Shown here: piece after piece, positions 42,135 to 51,931 of the stretch
Position numbering within the stretch: position 1 is the first letter of the stretch
Layout of the letters: every line of letters begins with the position of its first letter
Virus record (IMG/VR): IMGVR_UViG_3300037418_003161
Span: 44,420 to 108,419 of that record
Direction: 5' to 3' (one strand)
DNA from: a virus
Lineage: Duplodnaviria; Heunggongvirae; Uroviricota; Caudoviricetes
DNA: 64,000 nt
Notes under the pieces: model-generated
What the model saw: only the letters and a program-made list of their open reading frames with translations
What the model was told of the DNA's origin: nothing
Databases searched by the model: none
Translations under genes and position numbers: made by a program

Positions 42135-42575
42135 TTAAAGTGCCACCCCATTGAACTCAGTTTCATAGACATCCTGCGACAATGTGTCAGAAATTTTGGT
42201 TAGAATATTTCTAATTTCAGGACGTACATCTACCGTGTATCGTACCTTGGGAGGATAAATGCTTGCCGGGAATTGTCTAGCGATAATCACGTCATCGCCC
42301 AACCGAACTTGCATTGTGAAGTACTCCGAAGTGGGAACTGTAGTTTGGTCAGGTGAGTTGCCCAAAAATTTTTCATTTTCAAATAAAAACTCACTGGATT
42401 TTTTCTTCAAATCAGCCTGAATATCATTGGCTATATCTTGAATGGTTTCATACAAATCAAGCGACCTTCTTACTTTGGGATTGTATCCTTTCACGTTAAA
42501 AAACCGTTGGCACACAATGTTGTTTTCCAGAGTAATTAAAAATTCAAACTTGGTTGTTGCATCTGCTTTTTTCAT
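42135..42575 (-). CDS. Conserved hypothetical protein in the replication operon (146 aa, MKKADAT)
   Basis: ATG at 42575 avoids overlap with the upstream gene; the track start at 42659 is unlikely. Confidence 0.7.
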   Translation of the reverse strand: MKKADATTKFEFLITLENNIVCQRFFNVKGYNPKVRRSLDLYETIQDIANDIQADLKKKSSEFLFENEKFLGNSPDQTTVPTSEYFTMQVRLGDDVIIARQFPASIYPPKVRYTVDVRPEIRNILTKISDTLSQDVYETEFNGVAL

Positions 42576-42586
42576 AGGGTAATTGA

Positions 42587-43594
42587 TTAATTGTTGTTTT
42601 TGTAAAATTGTTTTTCTTTCCGAGCCAGTTGCAGCAGCGGAGCCAAATAGTCTATCCAACCATCATTGATGCGGGGTAAATAGTTGAACAGCCCATCTTC
42701 CTTCATCATGCGCAACAGGTTCTTCCATCCCCGGTCTTCGGGGTCGAGTGGTACGGTAATAATTTGAACTATGTCTGATTTTGCTTGTTCGGTCAAGTGG
42801 GGATTCGATAAATCCACCAATTTTTTATTTATATCAAAGAAAGATTCTCCCAACACACCATGTTTGGTGACACCATTTACTAAATGAACTATGGTTTTGC
42901 TTGGCTTTGAACTACAAGCCAAACTTTCGGCTATCGGCCAAATGTCTTGGAGGGTGGTGGGATTCTCCCCAATTAAAGGAAAGTGTTTTATAAGCGTTTT
43001 TAGACCCATTCCTTTGATTCCTGCCACGTTATCGCTTTCATCGCCGCAAATCGTTTTTACAAGGCTCACATTACACGGTGGAATGGTTATTCCATCTATG
43101 TTCACCTTATCGTTGTGGGTGATAAACTGAGATTGGCGGGGTAGGTAGACCTTCACCCTTTCATTGATAAGTTGGGTTACATCGATGTCCCCGGAAAACA
43201 CGGTGATGTATTCTTCTGCTGCATTGGCGCAATAAAACGCAATGCAATCGTCCGATTCTACGTTTTCATATTCACCCTGCCGGACGAAGAGTTCTTCCAA
43301 GTATTGTTTTATGCGTAGTTTTTGATAGGCACTTGACGCTTCGTCTTCTTCAGATTTGTATCTATCCCGCCTATTTTCTTTATAGGTAGGATAGATAGCT
43401 CTTCTGAGGGAATCGTTGTTTTCTCCATCCCAAAACACAACAATTTTATCATATTGAAATTCTTCCAAATGCTTTTTGAGGGTATGGATGAAATGGAACA
43501 ATCCACCGATATGTTGTCCTTGGTAATAATAGTCTTTAACCCCAAACAATCCAATCTTGAATAGATTGTCTCCATCAATAATCAAAGTTTTCAT
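42587..43594 (-). CDS. 5'-3' exonuclease / RNase H (Pol I N-terminal, T4 Rnh-like)
   Basis: LIIDGDN; VFWDG; R..IYPTYKENR; ESDDCIA; SGDID..QL; GDESDNVAGIKGMGLKT. Confidence 0.92.
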   Translation of the reverse strand: MKTLIIDGDNLFKIGLFGVKDYYYQGQHIGGLFHFIHTLKKHLEEFQYDKIVVFWDGENNDSLRRAIYPTYKENRRDRYKSEEDEASSAYQKLRIKQYLEELFVRQGEYENVESDDCIAFYCANAAEEYITVFSGDIDVTQLINERVKVYLPRQSQFITHNDKVNIDGITIPPCNVSLVKTICGDESDNVAGIKGMGLKTLIKHFPLIGENPTTLQDIWPIAESLACSSKPSKTIVHLVNGVTKHGVLGESFFDINKKLVDLSNPHLTEQAKSDIVQIITVPLDPEDRGWKNLLRMMKEDGLFNYLPRINDGWIDYLAPLLQLARKEKQFYKNNN

Positions 43595-43632
43595 AGCATA
43601 CACATGATTGTTTTATGGAGAACAACCAAACC

Positions 43633-44688
43633 TTAGTCCATGTCTTCTGTTTCGATATCTGTTACAATGTCTTCTTCTGCAAATTCTACCTCATCTCCCA
43701 AGAGGGCTTCATCGTCACCACCAATTCGCATGATGTCAGCCCAATATTCCGCATACTGGCTTTTGTATGATTTAATTGCTTCAGGATTATCATCAATAAA
43801 ACCGTGTGGAACGGCTATGATGCTACTATCCGCATATCCCAAACCGTGAACGTGATTTTTAACCACCGTCACTTTTGTTCTGATACCGAAGTTGACCTTA
43901 CGCCCCTTGTGAACCAAGGAAATTTGGGATGTTCCGGCATGGGCCTGATTGCCGCAACGAATTACCAAGTTGGCCGACAAATAAATGGCCTGTCCACCCT
44001 TGGGCTGCATTGTGCCTTGTCCCATAACCGGGTTGTCGGGTAATCTGAACCATGGTTGGTTGATGATGATGGCCGTATTGCGGTACGGATAAGAAGCTTT
44101 GTTGGAAGCTTGGATTTTTTGTGCAATACTTTCACCCCATCTTTCTTTGATAACCCTTGCCGTATGCATTGTACCGCCTTTACCGTCATACGACATTTTA
44201 CACGGTACAGTACCCACAGAATCCCACAGGAATAACAAGTCATAGGGAATGTTTCCGGCTGCTTGTTCGTCCAAGAGTTCTTTGATGTAGTCAAAGATTT
44301 GTTCGATGTATTCAAACCCTAATTTATAGAGCATGAAGCCACCCCAATATTCCGACCCATCTTCTCTTATTTTCAATTCGCAATCCAACCCCATGTCTTT
44401 TGCGTGTTGGAAGGAGAACTTTTGTTCTGTGAAAAGAAATACTGGTAGGATGCCTCTTTTTTGGGCCGCTACTGCGGCAAGGCTTAAAATGGTGGTCTTA
44501 CCAGTGTTTGACCAACCAAGGATTTGTGTGATGCCACCCAAGGGAATTTGTACCCCGGAGGCTTTATAAAACGATTCACCGATGCTCAGCCATTCTTGGT
44601 CTTTGTATCTGTCGTTGCTTGAAAATTTTTCTTGTAATGCTTCGAAATTAAATTCTTTCTTTTTTGTTGCTTTTTTCTCTTTAGCCAT
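43633..44688 (-). CDS. recA: RecA/UvsX-like recombinase
   Basis: GGITQILGWSNTGKT; LFLWDSVG; IIINQ; GGQAI; KNHV; acidic tail. Confidence 0.88.
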   Translation of the reverse strand: MAKEKKATKKKEFNFEALQEKFSSNDRYKDQEWLSIGESFYKASGVQIPLGGITQILGWSNTGKTTILSLAAVAAQKRGILPVFLFTEQKFSFQHAKDMGLDCELKIREDGSEYWGGFMLYKLGFEYIEQIFDYIKELLDEQAAGNIPYDLLFLWDSVGTVPCKMSYDGKGGTMHTARVIKERWGESIAQKIQASNKASYPYRNTAIIINQPWFRLPDNPVMGQGTMQPKGGQAIYLSANLVIRCGNQAHAGTSQISLVHKGRKVNFGIRTKVTVVKNHVHGLGYADSSIIAVPHGFIDDNPEAIKSYKSQYAEYWADIMRIGGDDEALLGDEVEFAEEDIVTDIETEDMD

Positions 44689-44710
44689 AAAATTTTTACC
44701 GAAATGGGAT

Positions 44711-44743
44711 TAAAAAACGGATAAGTGATTTATCCGTTTTTTA
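44711..44743. terminator. Intrinsic (bidirectional-type) terminator between the SSB and recA genes
   Basis: TAAAAAACGGATAA-GTGAT-TTATCCGTTTTTTA. Confidence 0.75.
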
Positions 44744-44759
44744 TGTGCTTATATTCTTA

Positions 44760-45641
44760 TTAGAATGGGAGGTCATCACTATCAGCATCGTAGGTTTCTG
44801 CCCCTACTTCCTCTTCATCTTCCTGTAAGAATTTTTGTGCGCTTGAGGTAGAAGAAAGTTCTAATGCTTCTTCTTCTTGATTGCCCCACACATACTTTTT
44901 CAGTTGGGTAGACCATTTTGGCTCGAAGCCATCGGCGACACCTTGCAAATAATCCAAGGGTTTTTTGCTGTACACGTCTTCCCAAGTGGATTCATCAGCC
45001 AACCATTCTTGCATGATTTCTGCATCAGCGTGTAGCGGAGAGGGGTCTTCGGGTAAGATGCTGCTAACAGCAGTGTAAGAAGACTTCTTATTAGGGGTTT
45101 CGGTTTTTACAAGGTTCAAAACCAAGTCCCGGCCAGTTTGTGCATCGGCAATATCACCCTTCTTTCTGTAGATAGGGATGATTTTATCCATCACACCATC
45201 ACCCTTCCATGCTTCTTTAAAGCGATAGAATTTGGGGCCGTGGGCTTCATTGGCTCGGTCAATCAATTTAACAATATAGAACTTTTTGGGTTTATATTGT
45301 TTGGCCAGTTCCTTATCCCCTTTTGCTAATAAATTTGCATGTGTTTCGTTTAGGGGTGAGGGTTTGCCTTCGTTCATTCCGGGGTCATACAACTTTACGT
45401 ATTTACCACCCAAGTATACTTCATGAAAATACACTTCTACAAAGGGTGAGCCGTCTTTTACTGGAAGGATTCGAACAGTGGCTTCGGCTGTTGTACCAAC
45501 CGGGGCTTTTTTGTCGATTTGAGGAGAGAAGTAGCGTTTGAGTCTTTCTTCTTCGGTTAACTTTGGTGTTTGTTTCGGACGTGTTGCTTCTTGCTTGTTC
45601 TTCTCATACTGAGCAAGAACAGCTTCTAAACTGTTACTCAT
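44760..45641 (-). CDS. Single-stranded DNA-binding protein (T4 gp32-like)
   Basis: VRILP..PF..YFH; TGRDL; acidic tail ending DDLPF. Confidence 0.85.
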   Translation of the reverse strand: MSNSLEAVLAQYEKNKQEATRPKQTPKLTEEERLKRYFSPQIDKKAPVGTTAEATVRILPVKDGSPFVEVYFHEVYLGGKYVKLYDPGMNEGKPSPLNETHANLLAKGDKELAKQYKPKKFYIVKLIDRANEAHGPKFYRFKEAWKGDGVMDKIIPIYRKKGDIADAQTGRDLVLNLVKTETPNKKSSYTAVSSILPEDPSPLHADAEIMQEWLADESTWEDVYSKKPLDYLQGVADGFEPKWSTQLKKYVWGNQEEEALELSSTSSAQKFLQEDEEEVGAETYDADSDDLPF

Positions 45642-45687
45642 AGGATAGCGATTAAAAAATAATAATTAAAAAAAATACTTAGAACAA

Positions 45688-45716
45688 ATAATACAAAAAA
45701 TTATTGATAATGTCAA
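45688..45716 (-). promoter_or_regulatory. TTGACA-N17-TATTAT promoter-like site upstream of the SSB gene
   Basis: Near-perfect E. coli-type consensus with 17-nt spacer. Confidence 0.65.
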
Positions 45717-45818
45717 GTCATTTACTGTATATATAAATATCTTTTGGGTGTTCTTCGAGTCAGCTTTCAAGGGCTTTTTTTGCCTTATTTTTCTCTGAAA
45801 CTGATACAAAATAATACG

Positions 45819-45850
45819 AAAAAAAAAGGGTGAAGTCAATAGCTTCACCC
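45819..45850 (-). terminator. Intrinsic terminator ending the upstream structural transcript
   Basis: GGGTGAAG/CTTCACCC stem with T9 on the minus strand. Confidence 0.8.
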
Positions 45851-45876
45851 CGATTTTATCCATTTATTATTCTTTT

Positions 45877-46554
45877 TTAAATCTCATCAAAAGACTTTGC
45901 GATGTCGTCGTTCATGTAGTTGTTCGCATCGTCTTGGGTTAATACGTAATTGTTCTTACGTGTCATTTCCATTTCCGGCTTTTTATCCTGAAAGAAATCA
46001 GTTAGCTTTTGAGAAAAGGGATAGGAATCATACGAGCGCAGATTGAGTTTTTCTTCAGGGGTTAACGGCTTAATTTCCGTTACCTTTTTTTCCAAATCAT
46101 CAATCTTGGCAATCACCGAATCCATTTGAGAAAGCTGATTGGCAAGGTCATCCAGTTTGGAAAAAATACTATCCATTTTATGTACTGCATCCTGATTTTT
46201 CCCGGCTTCTTGGTCAATCTTTGTTTTGAGTTCCTTGGTCATATTTACAAGGTCGGTCACATCGATTTTTTCTTCACCACCCGTTGTTGGCGTGGGGTCT
46301 TCAGCCATTGGTGCGGGAGAAGCCGACTCACCGGGCGGTGGAGGTGTTCCACTATCGGGTGTGGTGGTAGCTCCATCCGGGGGTGTTGTACCGGAATCAG
46401 CCGGAGGTGGAGGTGTTCCACCATCACCATTGGGGGCAGCACCCGGAGCAGATGCGTCATCGGATGCGGTAGGAGGAGGAGCGGCCTGTTCGCTGATGTA
46501 TCGGTTAATAGTTTTATACCTATTAACAACTTCGGTTAATTTCTTTTCTAACAT
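45877..46554 (-). CDS. 225-aa protein with Pro-rich linker and coiled coil; probable virion protein
   Basis: GTPPPP repeats, heptad region, C-terminal LRSYDSYPF. Confidence 0.7.
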   Translation of the reverse strand: MLEKKLTEVVNRYKTINRYISEQAAPPPTASDDASAPGAAPNGDGGTPPPPADSGTTPPDGATTTPDSGTPPPPGESASPAPMAEDPTPTTGGEEKIDVTDLVNMTKELKTKIDQEAGKNQDAVHKMDSIFSKLDDLANQLSQMDSVIAKIDDLEKKVTEIKPLTPEEKLNLRSYDSYPFSQKLTDFFQDKKPEMEMTRKNNYVLTQDDANNYMNDDIAKSFDEI

Positions 46555-46730
46555 TAGTCTCTTAATAAGATTTTACCACTTTCGGTTATGTATGTTTTAT
46601 CAATACGCTCTATCAAACCATCTTTGGCTTTGAGGGTTTCCGTAGATGAATCGTTTTGTGTTTGGTTGGTTGTTGGGGTCTCATTTTTGTTGAGAAATTT
46701 ATCCAACGCATTGTTGATATCTTTTTTCAT
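46554..46730 (-). CDS. 58-aa protein (MKKDINNALDKFL...GLIERIDKTYITESGKILLRD), below the track cutoff
   Basis: Fills the gap between genes, has TATTTAT 12 nt upstream, and is TAATG-coupled to the next gene. Confidence 0.75.
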   Translation of the reverse strand: MKKDINNALDKFLNKNETPTTNQTQNDSSTETLKAKDGLIERIDKTYITESGKILLRD

Positions 46731-46767
46731 AAAGCTTTTCTTATAAATATTGTCGAAACTTCAAAAC

Positions 46768-49700
46768 TTATTTGGACTGATAGGATTTCGCCCGGTTCAA
46801 CAGTCGTTGATAAATGATTTTGTTGGTTGATATCATCACTTCGTCTAATTCAGGTAAATCAAACTTGGAGATGCGTGACCCTGTAAACGTGGTTACAACT
46901 TGGTTGTTGCGAATCTCATGGCGCACCTCATAAATCAAATACGCCCCGGCAAACATGGGTACGTTGCGGAGTTGGAAATACATGGTGGGCTGAATCATCA
47001 CATTCCCCAACATGGTCACTTCACAGGTGTAGCTGCGGTTTTTATAAACCGAAAAAAGCTCCGTTCCAACATGAGCAAGATTGCTATTGGCCAGTTCCTC
47101 CAAGATGCGGAAGGATTCAGCCGTGTCCTTAAAGTTGGCTTGGTCAAGCGAAATGTCCTTAAAAATACCTTGGGCTTGGTCGCCAAAATTGACTTCAAAA
47201 CACACAACCCGGTTTGATTTGTCAAACCTTGCGGTTTTGGAGGTTTCCAATTTTCCAGCTACCGGGTTTTCCACTATATTGCTCATATCAAAAGAATCAT
47301 TGGAGAACTTATAGTCTTTGCTTACTCCATTCATGTTCAGGTGGGAAGACGAGAGACCCACATACTGACATAAAAATTTGGGGGAGGTATTTAAGTAATC
47401 CACCTCAAGGAATGTTCCAAACAAATCGGTGGCTATCTGAGATGAACTATAGCGGGGTCGGCCTGTATCTCCCACCTCCGTTATACCATAGAAATTTACA
47501 TACGCCGGAAGAGGAATGAAATTAAACCCGGTGTCTTTTAACAACTCCCCGATTAATCCGTCAAGGCGCATGTTACCATTGTTGTCGTTTAAAATATTTT
47601 GCAACCGGAACAGGTTGACAAATGTTTTCTGACCGATATCCCGGTTAGCTCTGTCCAAGAACAAAAAGTCGTTCATTAGGGTTTTATCAGCAATGATGTT
47701 ACCCCCCACCCAACGGTCATTAAATGTTTTAAAGGTGTTGTAAAGCTCCAACTTGATTGTTTGGTTATCGTTGAAACCCTGTAGTGACAGTGGTAAATCC
47801 CGCACTTGGGTCAGGTTGATTTTGTTTAAATCCTCAAAAGCGGTGGTGACAAATTCATTAAGTTTGTTTTGGTAGGAGTTGGCAAGCGTCCTGACTGATG
47901 TAACAAATGATGCATCGCTAATTCCCCGCTCTTTGAGACCTCCGTAGTATCGAACCAACATCCGAAACTTAGTAAAATTGTCCTTATCAAAGGACAGGTT
48001 GTAGGTTTGGAAAAACTTCAGGTAGTGACCATCAAAGTCTTCACCGATAATGTTTTTCAAATCCTCGTTCGTGGTGCTGTCAACCTGTGTGGGGTTAAAG
48101 TGTGGTAAATGAAACGCCTCACTGTGTTCAATAAAGTTGTTCAGTGTTTTGAGGTTGATTTCCTTGGGGTTGGCAATCTTTAGGTGATAGTATTGTTCAA
48201 TGAGTTTTTTTGAAAGGTCTTCACAAACCTGTTCCTGTACCGTCTTAAAACCAATCAAGGGGTCGGAGAAGGTGGTGGTTAGGGTGCAAAGACTTTTTAA
48301 TATGCTTTGCATGGTAAGGTCGCCCTTCGTCCCACAGAACTCCAAAAAGACTTCTTCAAAAAGGTCAAGGATTTGCGGCTTAAAGGTTGCCAACAGGTCA
48401 AGGGCCTTATAGTAGTTGGCATCAAAGGAAAAATCATCCCTTGAAGAACTTCTGAAATATTCATTTTGCTTGGGAGCGGTGAACCCATCGAAACTCAATT
48501 CAGCAACATTCACTTCATCCAGATAAATCCGGGTGGTTAGGTTTTGGTAGTTCTTAATAGAATTAAACTTGTCTAAGTGCAGCCCGGCACTTGAAGGGAA
48601 TAGGAAATAGGTATCCCCGGTCAATCGTGCGTAGGCTGTGAAATAATCAATTTGCGGTGAATTGGTCTTGGGGGTGTAGAGTGTAAGTTTGTTGTGGTTC
48701 AGCCGATTTTGAATCACACTTTCATATTCCTGTGTGGTCGCCCCGGTCATTCCAAAAAAAAGTTGACCGTTGTTTAACCCACCGTAAAACATATCAAAAT
48801 ACTTGGGGTAGAACCCAACGTTGTTGTCCAGCCCCGCCACGCTTTTTGTTGCTCCGTCAATTGACAGATTAAGGGTCAGTCCGGCACTGCCGTCAAAGAG
48901 TTCTTCCACATCGTTGTTGTGGAATACATCCAAATAATCGGTTTTTTGTTTGTAGCGATTCCATACGCTTCCCATCTTCAAGACAAACAAATAGGGAAGT
49001 TTGTGTACTGCGGCATATTGGTTAAATCCTGCGAATACGTACTTGTCGCTTCCGGCAAATAAATTGTAGAGGTTAACAATCGGCAGCGAGTTTAAAAACA
49101 AATAAGCACTCCTCCTGTAATTTTTTTCAGGAATGTCTTTTTGGAGTGCGTTGGTAAAGAAGGGTGTGTTTAAAATATTAATTGTTATGCCGGAATGATA
49201 AAAATTGGCGTCCTTGAAGATATTGTTTTTTTCTCCAAAATACCAGTTATCTATATCGGAATTGCTACTTAAAAGTCCATGGGTAATATCTACTTTTAGT
49301 ACTTTGTTCACCGAAAAGTCGGTGTTGTTCAGGGTGGATTGGGCTTCCTTCCCCTGAAGCTGGCGGTAAAACAATTTATTGTTGATGGGGTAGAGGTTTT
49401 TTACCAGTAACCCGTTTTCGCCACTGATTTCATTATGCACTTCGCTGTAGTTGGCATACAAGGCCGAATCTACCTGAGTCTCTTCTGTAACAGGGAGCAA
49501 ATCATAGTCCTGAAGTTGGGTGGGGAGGAGGTATTTGGTAGTGAAAATTTCATCTTTGGTATTTTCCCACCGTTTGAAGGGGGACAACTCAAAGAGTTCG
49601 GTTTTCAAAGTGGATAGGTTGCGGTTGGCTTTTAGCTTTTGTTCCACTTCCGCTACCCCGGCCACGTTGTCTTTGACGTTTTTGGCTTCGATATGGGCCA

Positions 49701-51624
49701 GTTGCTTGATGGCAGCAAAATTTTCCAAACCTGAATAAACCGAGGCAATGTAGGCCCGTTCATAAAATTCATAAAAGACATTGATGGCCGTCTTACTCAG
49801 ATACGGACTCACCTTATCGTATGTCCACGTACTAGTCTCTGCGTAGTTAAGGTTTTTACCATCGTCTTGTGGAAACACATCGGTCACATCGTTTAAGTGG
49901 GCTTCCTTGTGTACAAGAGCGTCTTGTAATTCGGCTGAGGCCCGGTAGTATTCTTCCACAAAGGACACCTCCGGCCACAACCGTCCGTCATAAGAACGCA
50001 ATTGGGAGCGCACCGAAATGTCACCGGGATAAACCAATACGTTTGGTTTGTCAGTGCCGTTTTTCATTACAATTTGCGGAAAGGGAAAGAGCTTTTCATT
50101 CACATCCGTTATCACATCAGCCCTTTCTTTGGCAACCCCGATGGCCTTTTCGTGTACCTCACTCATCAGGCGTAAAAACGCATCCGCTCCGGCCAACACA
50201 ATCGCAAAGATGTTGCGGGTAGTGGGTTCAAAGCCCAAACCGGATTTGGATTTTACCTGAATATTAATTTGTTCATTTAACGCTGCTTCCACCGGGATGC
50301 GGTTTTTGATGTAGGCGTTTTTTATGGTGTTGATTTGGCTCAGGATGTTGTCAATGGAAATGTAGGTTACGTTGTTAACCTTTTCAGTGTAGTTGTTTTT
50401 GATGTTAACCGCAACGGTTTGGGGGATAATTTTTTTATTGGCTTTGGGTGGAGTGCGTTGTTCGCCAAAGGCATTGTTTTCATTTAGTCGTGGAACATAG
50501 GTTGTAATGATTTTATCAATTGCAGCCAAGACTTCGGCCAACTTATTTTCAAACTGTTTGGCTAAGCGAAAATAGGTTTTTTTACTTTGCAGTTCCCCCG
50601 TTGGGGTGGTGTCCAAATAGCTGCGGGTGGCTTCTATGTGTTGTGAAAAATAATCCAAATCCGATTCAAAAGCGTCCATATCCGACAGCACTTTGGCATC
50701 AATCACATCGGCAAAAAAATTATTTTCCAAAAGAGAGGTTATCTTTTCAGATTTAACCACCAGTTCATGTAGGGTCATATAGGGGAAATCCTTGGGGATA
50801 ATTCCGTTGGTTTTGTATTCGTCGAACACCTGTTTTAAAATCTCCATACCCTTTGACGTATTGTAAACTTGGGTGGATGATTTTACCGTGGTATCCGCAA
50901 CGGTACGGGACTTGTCGGCAATGGTGTTTTGTTGTGGATACATGTGCGGAACAGACATAATGTATTGCACCTTGATGTCGCTTAATAGCGGGGTGATGGC
51001 CCCCAAAAAGTCACACACCACTTCGTAATTTCCCGATGAACTGTCAAACCTTGCGTTGAAGTTTTTCAAAGCCAGTTGGTAGCGCACCGCTTTACCATAA
51101 AACCCCTTCATGGTCAGATAAAAAATAGGATAGGGTAAGTGGAAAAACGCTTTGTAGGGAGAATTGTCCGGGGACTCAAACAGGGTCTTTCCCCGCACAT
51201 CAATGAACTTGATGGTGACTTGCGGAATCCCGGCAGCAGTCAGTTTAACCATAACACTTTCGATACCGAAAGTTTGGGAGGTGGCAGAATGGTACATCAC
51301 ACTTCCTTTGTCCAGCGCAGCACTTTGTATATCCGACCACGAAGTGTCAAATACATCAGCACCATCGGGCTTCATAAAATTGATGTTCCCCTTCCACAGT
51401 GATACAATGGAGGTTTTGGATAAATTGCTATCCCCGGCCAAATTCACACGACTTCTTGGTATGATTTCCGCTTCCAAGTTGACGTACATAACCAGTTTTT
51501 CGTGTTGTACCAATCGTTGTTTAACCACCCCATCGTCAATGAGGCTGTTGGGGTCTAGGTACAAAACGTTTTGTTCATCCGTTTTGATTAAAATGTTTTC
51601 ATTATATTTTAACTCATCTGCCAT
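46768..51624 (-). CDS. Large baseplate hub protein (gp27/gpD-like termini with a large central insertion), 1618 aa
   Basis: C-terminal YTCEVTMLGN..IQP..F.L..F.GAYLI.EV.HEI..TTF resembles the end of gpD/gp27 hubs; follows the LysM/gp53 gene as expected. Confidence 0.65.
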   Translation of the reverse strand: MADELKYNENILIKTDEQNVLYLDPNSLIDDGVVKQRLVQHEKLVMYVNLEAEIIPRSRVNLAGDSNLSKTSIVSLWKGNINFMKPDGADVFDTSWSDIQSAALDKGSVMYHSATSQTFGIESVMVKLTAAGIPQVTIKFIDVRGKTLFESPDNSPYKAFFHLPYPIFYLTMKGFYGKAVRYQLALKNFNARFDSSSGNYEVVCDFLGAITPLLSDIKVQYIMSVPHMYPQQNTIADKSRTVADTTVKSSTQVYNTSKGMEILKQVFDEYKTNGIIPKDFPYMTLHELVVKSEKITSLLENNFFADVIDAKVLSDMDAFESDLDYFSQHIEATRSYLDTTPTGELQSKKTYFRLAKQFENKLAEVLAAIDKIITTYVPRLNENNAFGEQRTPPKANKKIIPQTVAVNIKNNYTEKVNNVTYISIDNILSQINTIKNAYIKNRIPVEAALNEQINIQVKSKSGLGFEPTTRNIFAIVLAGADAFLRLMSEVHEKAIGVAKERADVITDVNEKLFPFPQIVMKNGTDKPNVLVYPGDISVRSQLRSYDGRLWPEVSFVEEYYRASAELQDALVHKEAHLNDVTDVFPQDDGKNLNYAETSTWTYDKVSPYLSKTAINVFYEFYERAYIASVYSGLENFAAIKQLAHIEAKNVKDNVAGVAEVEQKLKANRNLSTLKTELFELSPFKRWENTKDEIFTTKYLLPTQLQDYDLLPVTEETQVDSALYANYSEVHNEISGENGLLVKNLYPINNKLFYRQLQGKEAQSTLNNTDFSVNKVLKVDITHGLLSSNSDIDNWYFGEKNNIFKDANFYHSGITINILNTPFFTNALQKDIPEKNYRRSAYLFLNSLPIVNLYNLFAGSDKYVFAGFNQYAAVHKLPYLFVLKMGSVWNRYKQKTDYLDVFHNNDVEELFDGSAGLTLNLSIDGATKSVAGLDNNVGFYPKYFDMFYGGLNNGQLFFGMTGATTQEYESVIQNRLNHNKLTLYTPKTNSPQIDYFTAYARLTGDTYFLFPSSAGLHLDKFNSIKNYQNLTTRIYLDEVNVAELSFDGFTAPKQNEYFRSSSRDDFSFDANYYKALDLLATFKPQILDLFEEVFLEFCGTKGDLTMQSILKSLCTLTTTFSDPLIGFKTVQEQVCEDLSKKLIEQYYHLKIANPKEINLKTLNNFIEHSEAFHLPHFNPTQVDSTTNEDLKNIIGEDFDGHYLKFFQTYNLSFDKDNFTKFRMLVRYYGGLKERGISDASFVTSVRTLANSYQNKLNEFVTTAFEDLNKINLTQVRDLPLSLQGFNDNQTIKLELYNTFKTFNDRWVGGNIIADKTLMNDFLFLDRANRDIGQKTFVNLFRLQNILNDNNGNMRLDGLIGELLKDTGFNFIPLPAYVNFYGITEVGDTGRPRYSSSQIATDLFGTFLEVDYLNTSPKFLCQYVGLSSSHLNMNGVSKDYKFSNDSFDMSNIVENPVAGKLETSKTARFDKSNRVVCFEVNFGDQAQGIFKDISLDQANFKDTAESFRILEELANSNLAHVGTELFSVYKNRSYTCEVTMLGNVMIQPTMYFQLRNVPMFAGAYLIYEVRHEIRNNQVVTTFTGSRISKFDLPELDEVMISTNKIIYQRLLNRAKSYQSK

Positions 51625-51931
51625 AATAGAAATTGTGCGTTTCCAACGCTTGCTTGTAGTCCTGTAGGCTATTTAATAAGGGAAAAGGAATTCTAAGTAA
51701 AGCGTTGTCGGGAATTTCCCATTCCAACCCCCCGTATTGTGGATTGGCTTGCATGATGAGCCAACCAAAGTAGGGTGAACCGTAATTGTCGTCTGATAAT
51801 TTATCCAACCGTGACCTGTTTTTCTTATAATATTCAAACTTGTCGGTGGGCTTAACAGGTAAATCCAAATACGGAACAATAAGGTGTTCCGAATTCTCCA
51901 AGAAAAATTTGTATCGATTAAGGTAGCTCAT
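51614..51931 (-). CDS. LysM-like baseplate protein (T4 gp53 / P2 gpX-like)
   Basis: RLDKLS..YGSPYFGWLIMQANP..IP..LRIP. Confidence 0.82.
   Translation of the reverse strand: MSYLNRYKFFLENSEHLIVPYLDLPVKPTDKFEYYKKNRSRLDKLSDDNYGSPYFGWLIMQANPQYGGLEWEIPDNALLRIPFPLLNSLQDYKQALETHNFYYGR

Noticed and set aside
38138-44688. Inteins or introns in nrdJ, helicase or recA
   Set aside because: Lengths are normal, motifs are contiguous and I saw no intein or homing endonuclease signatures.
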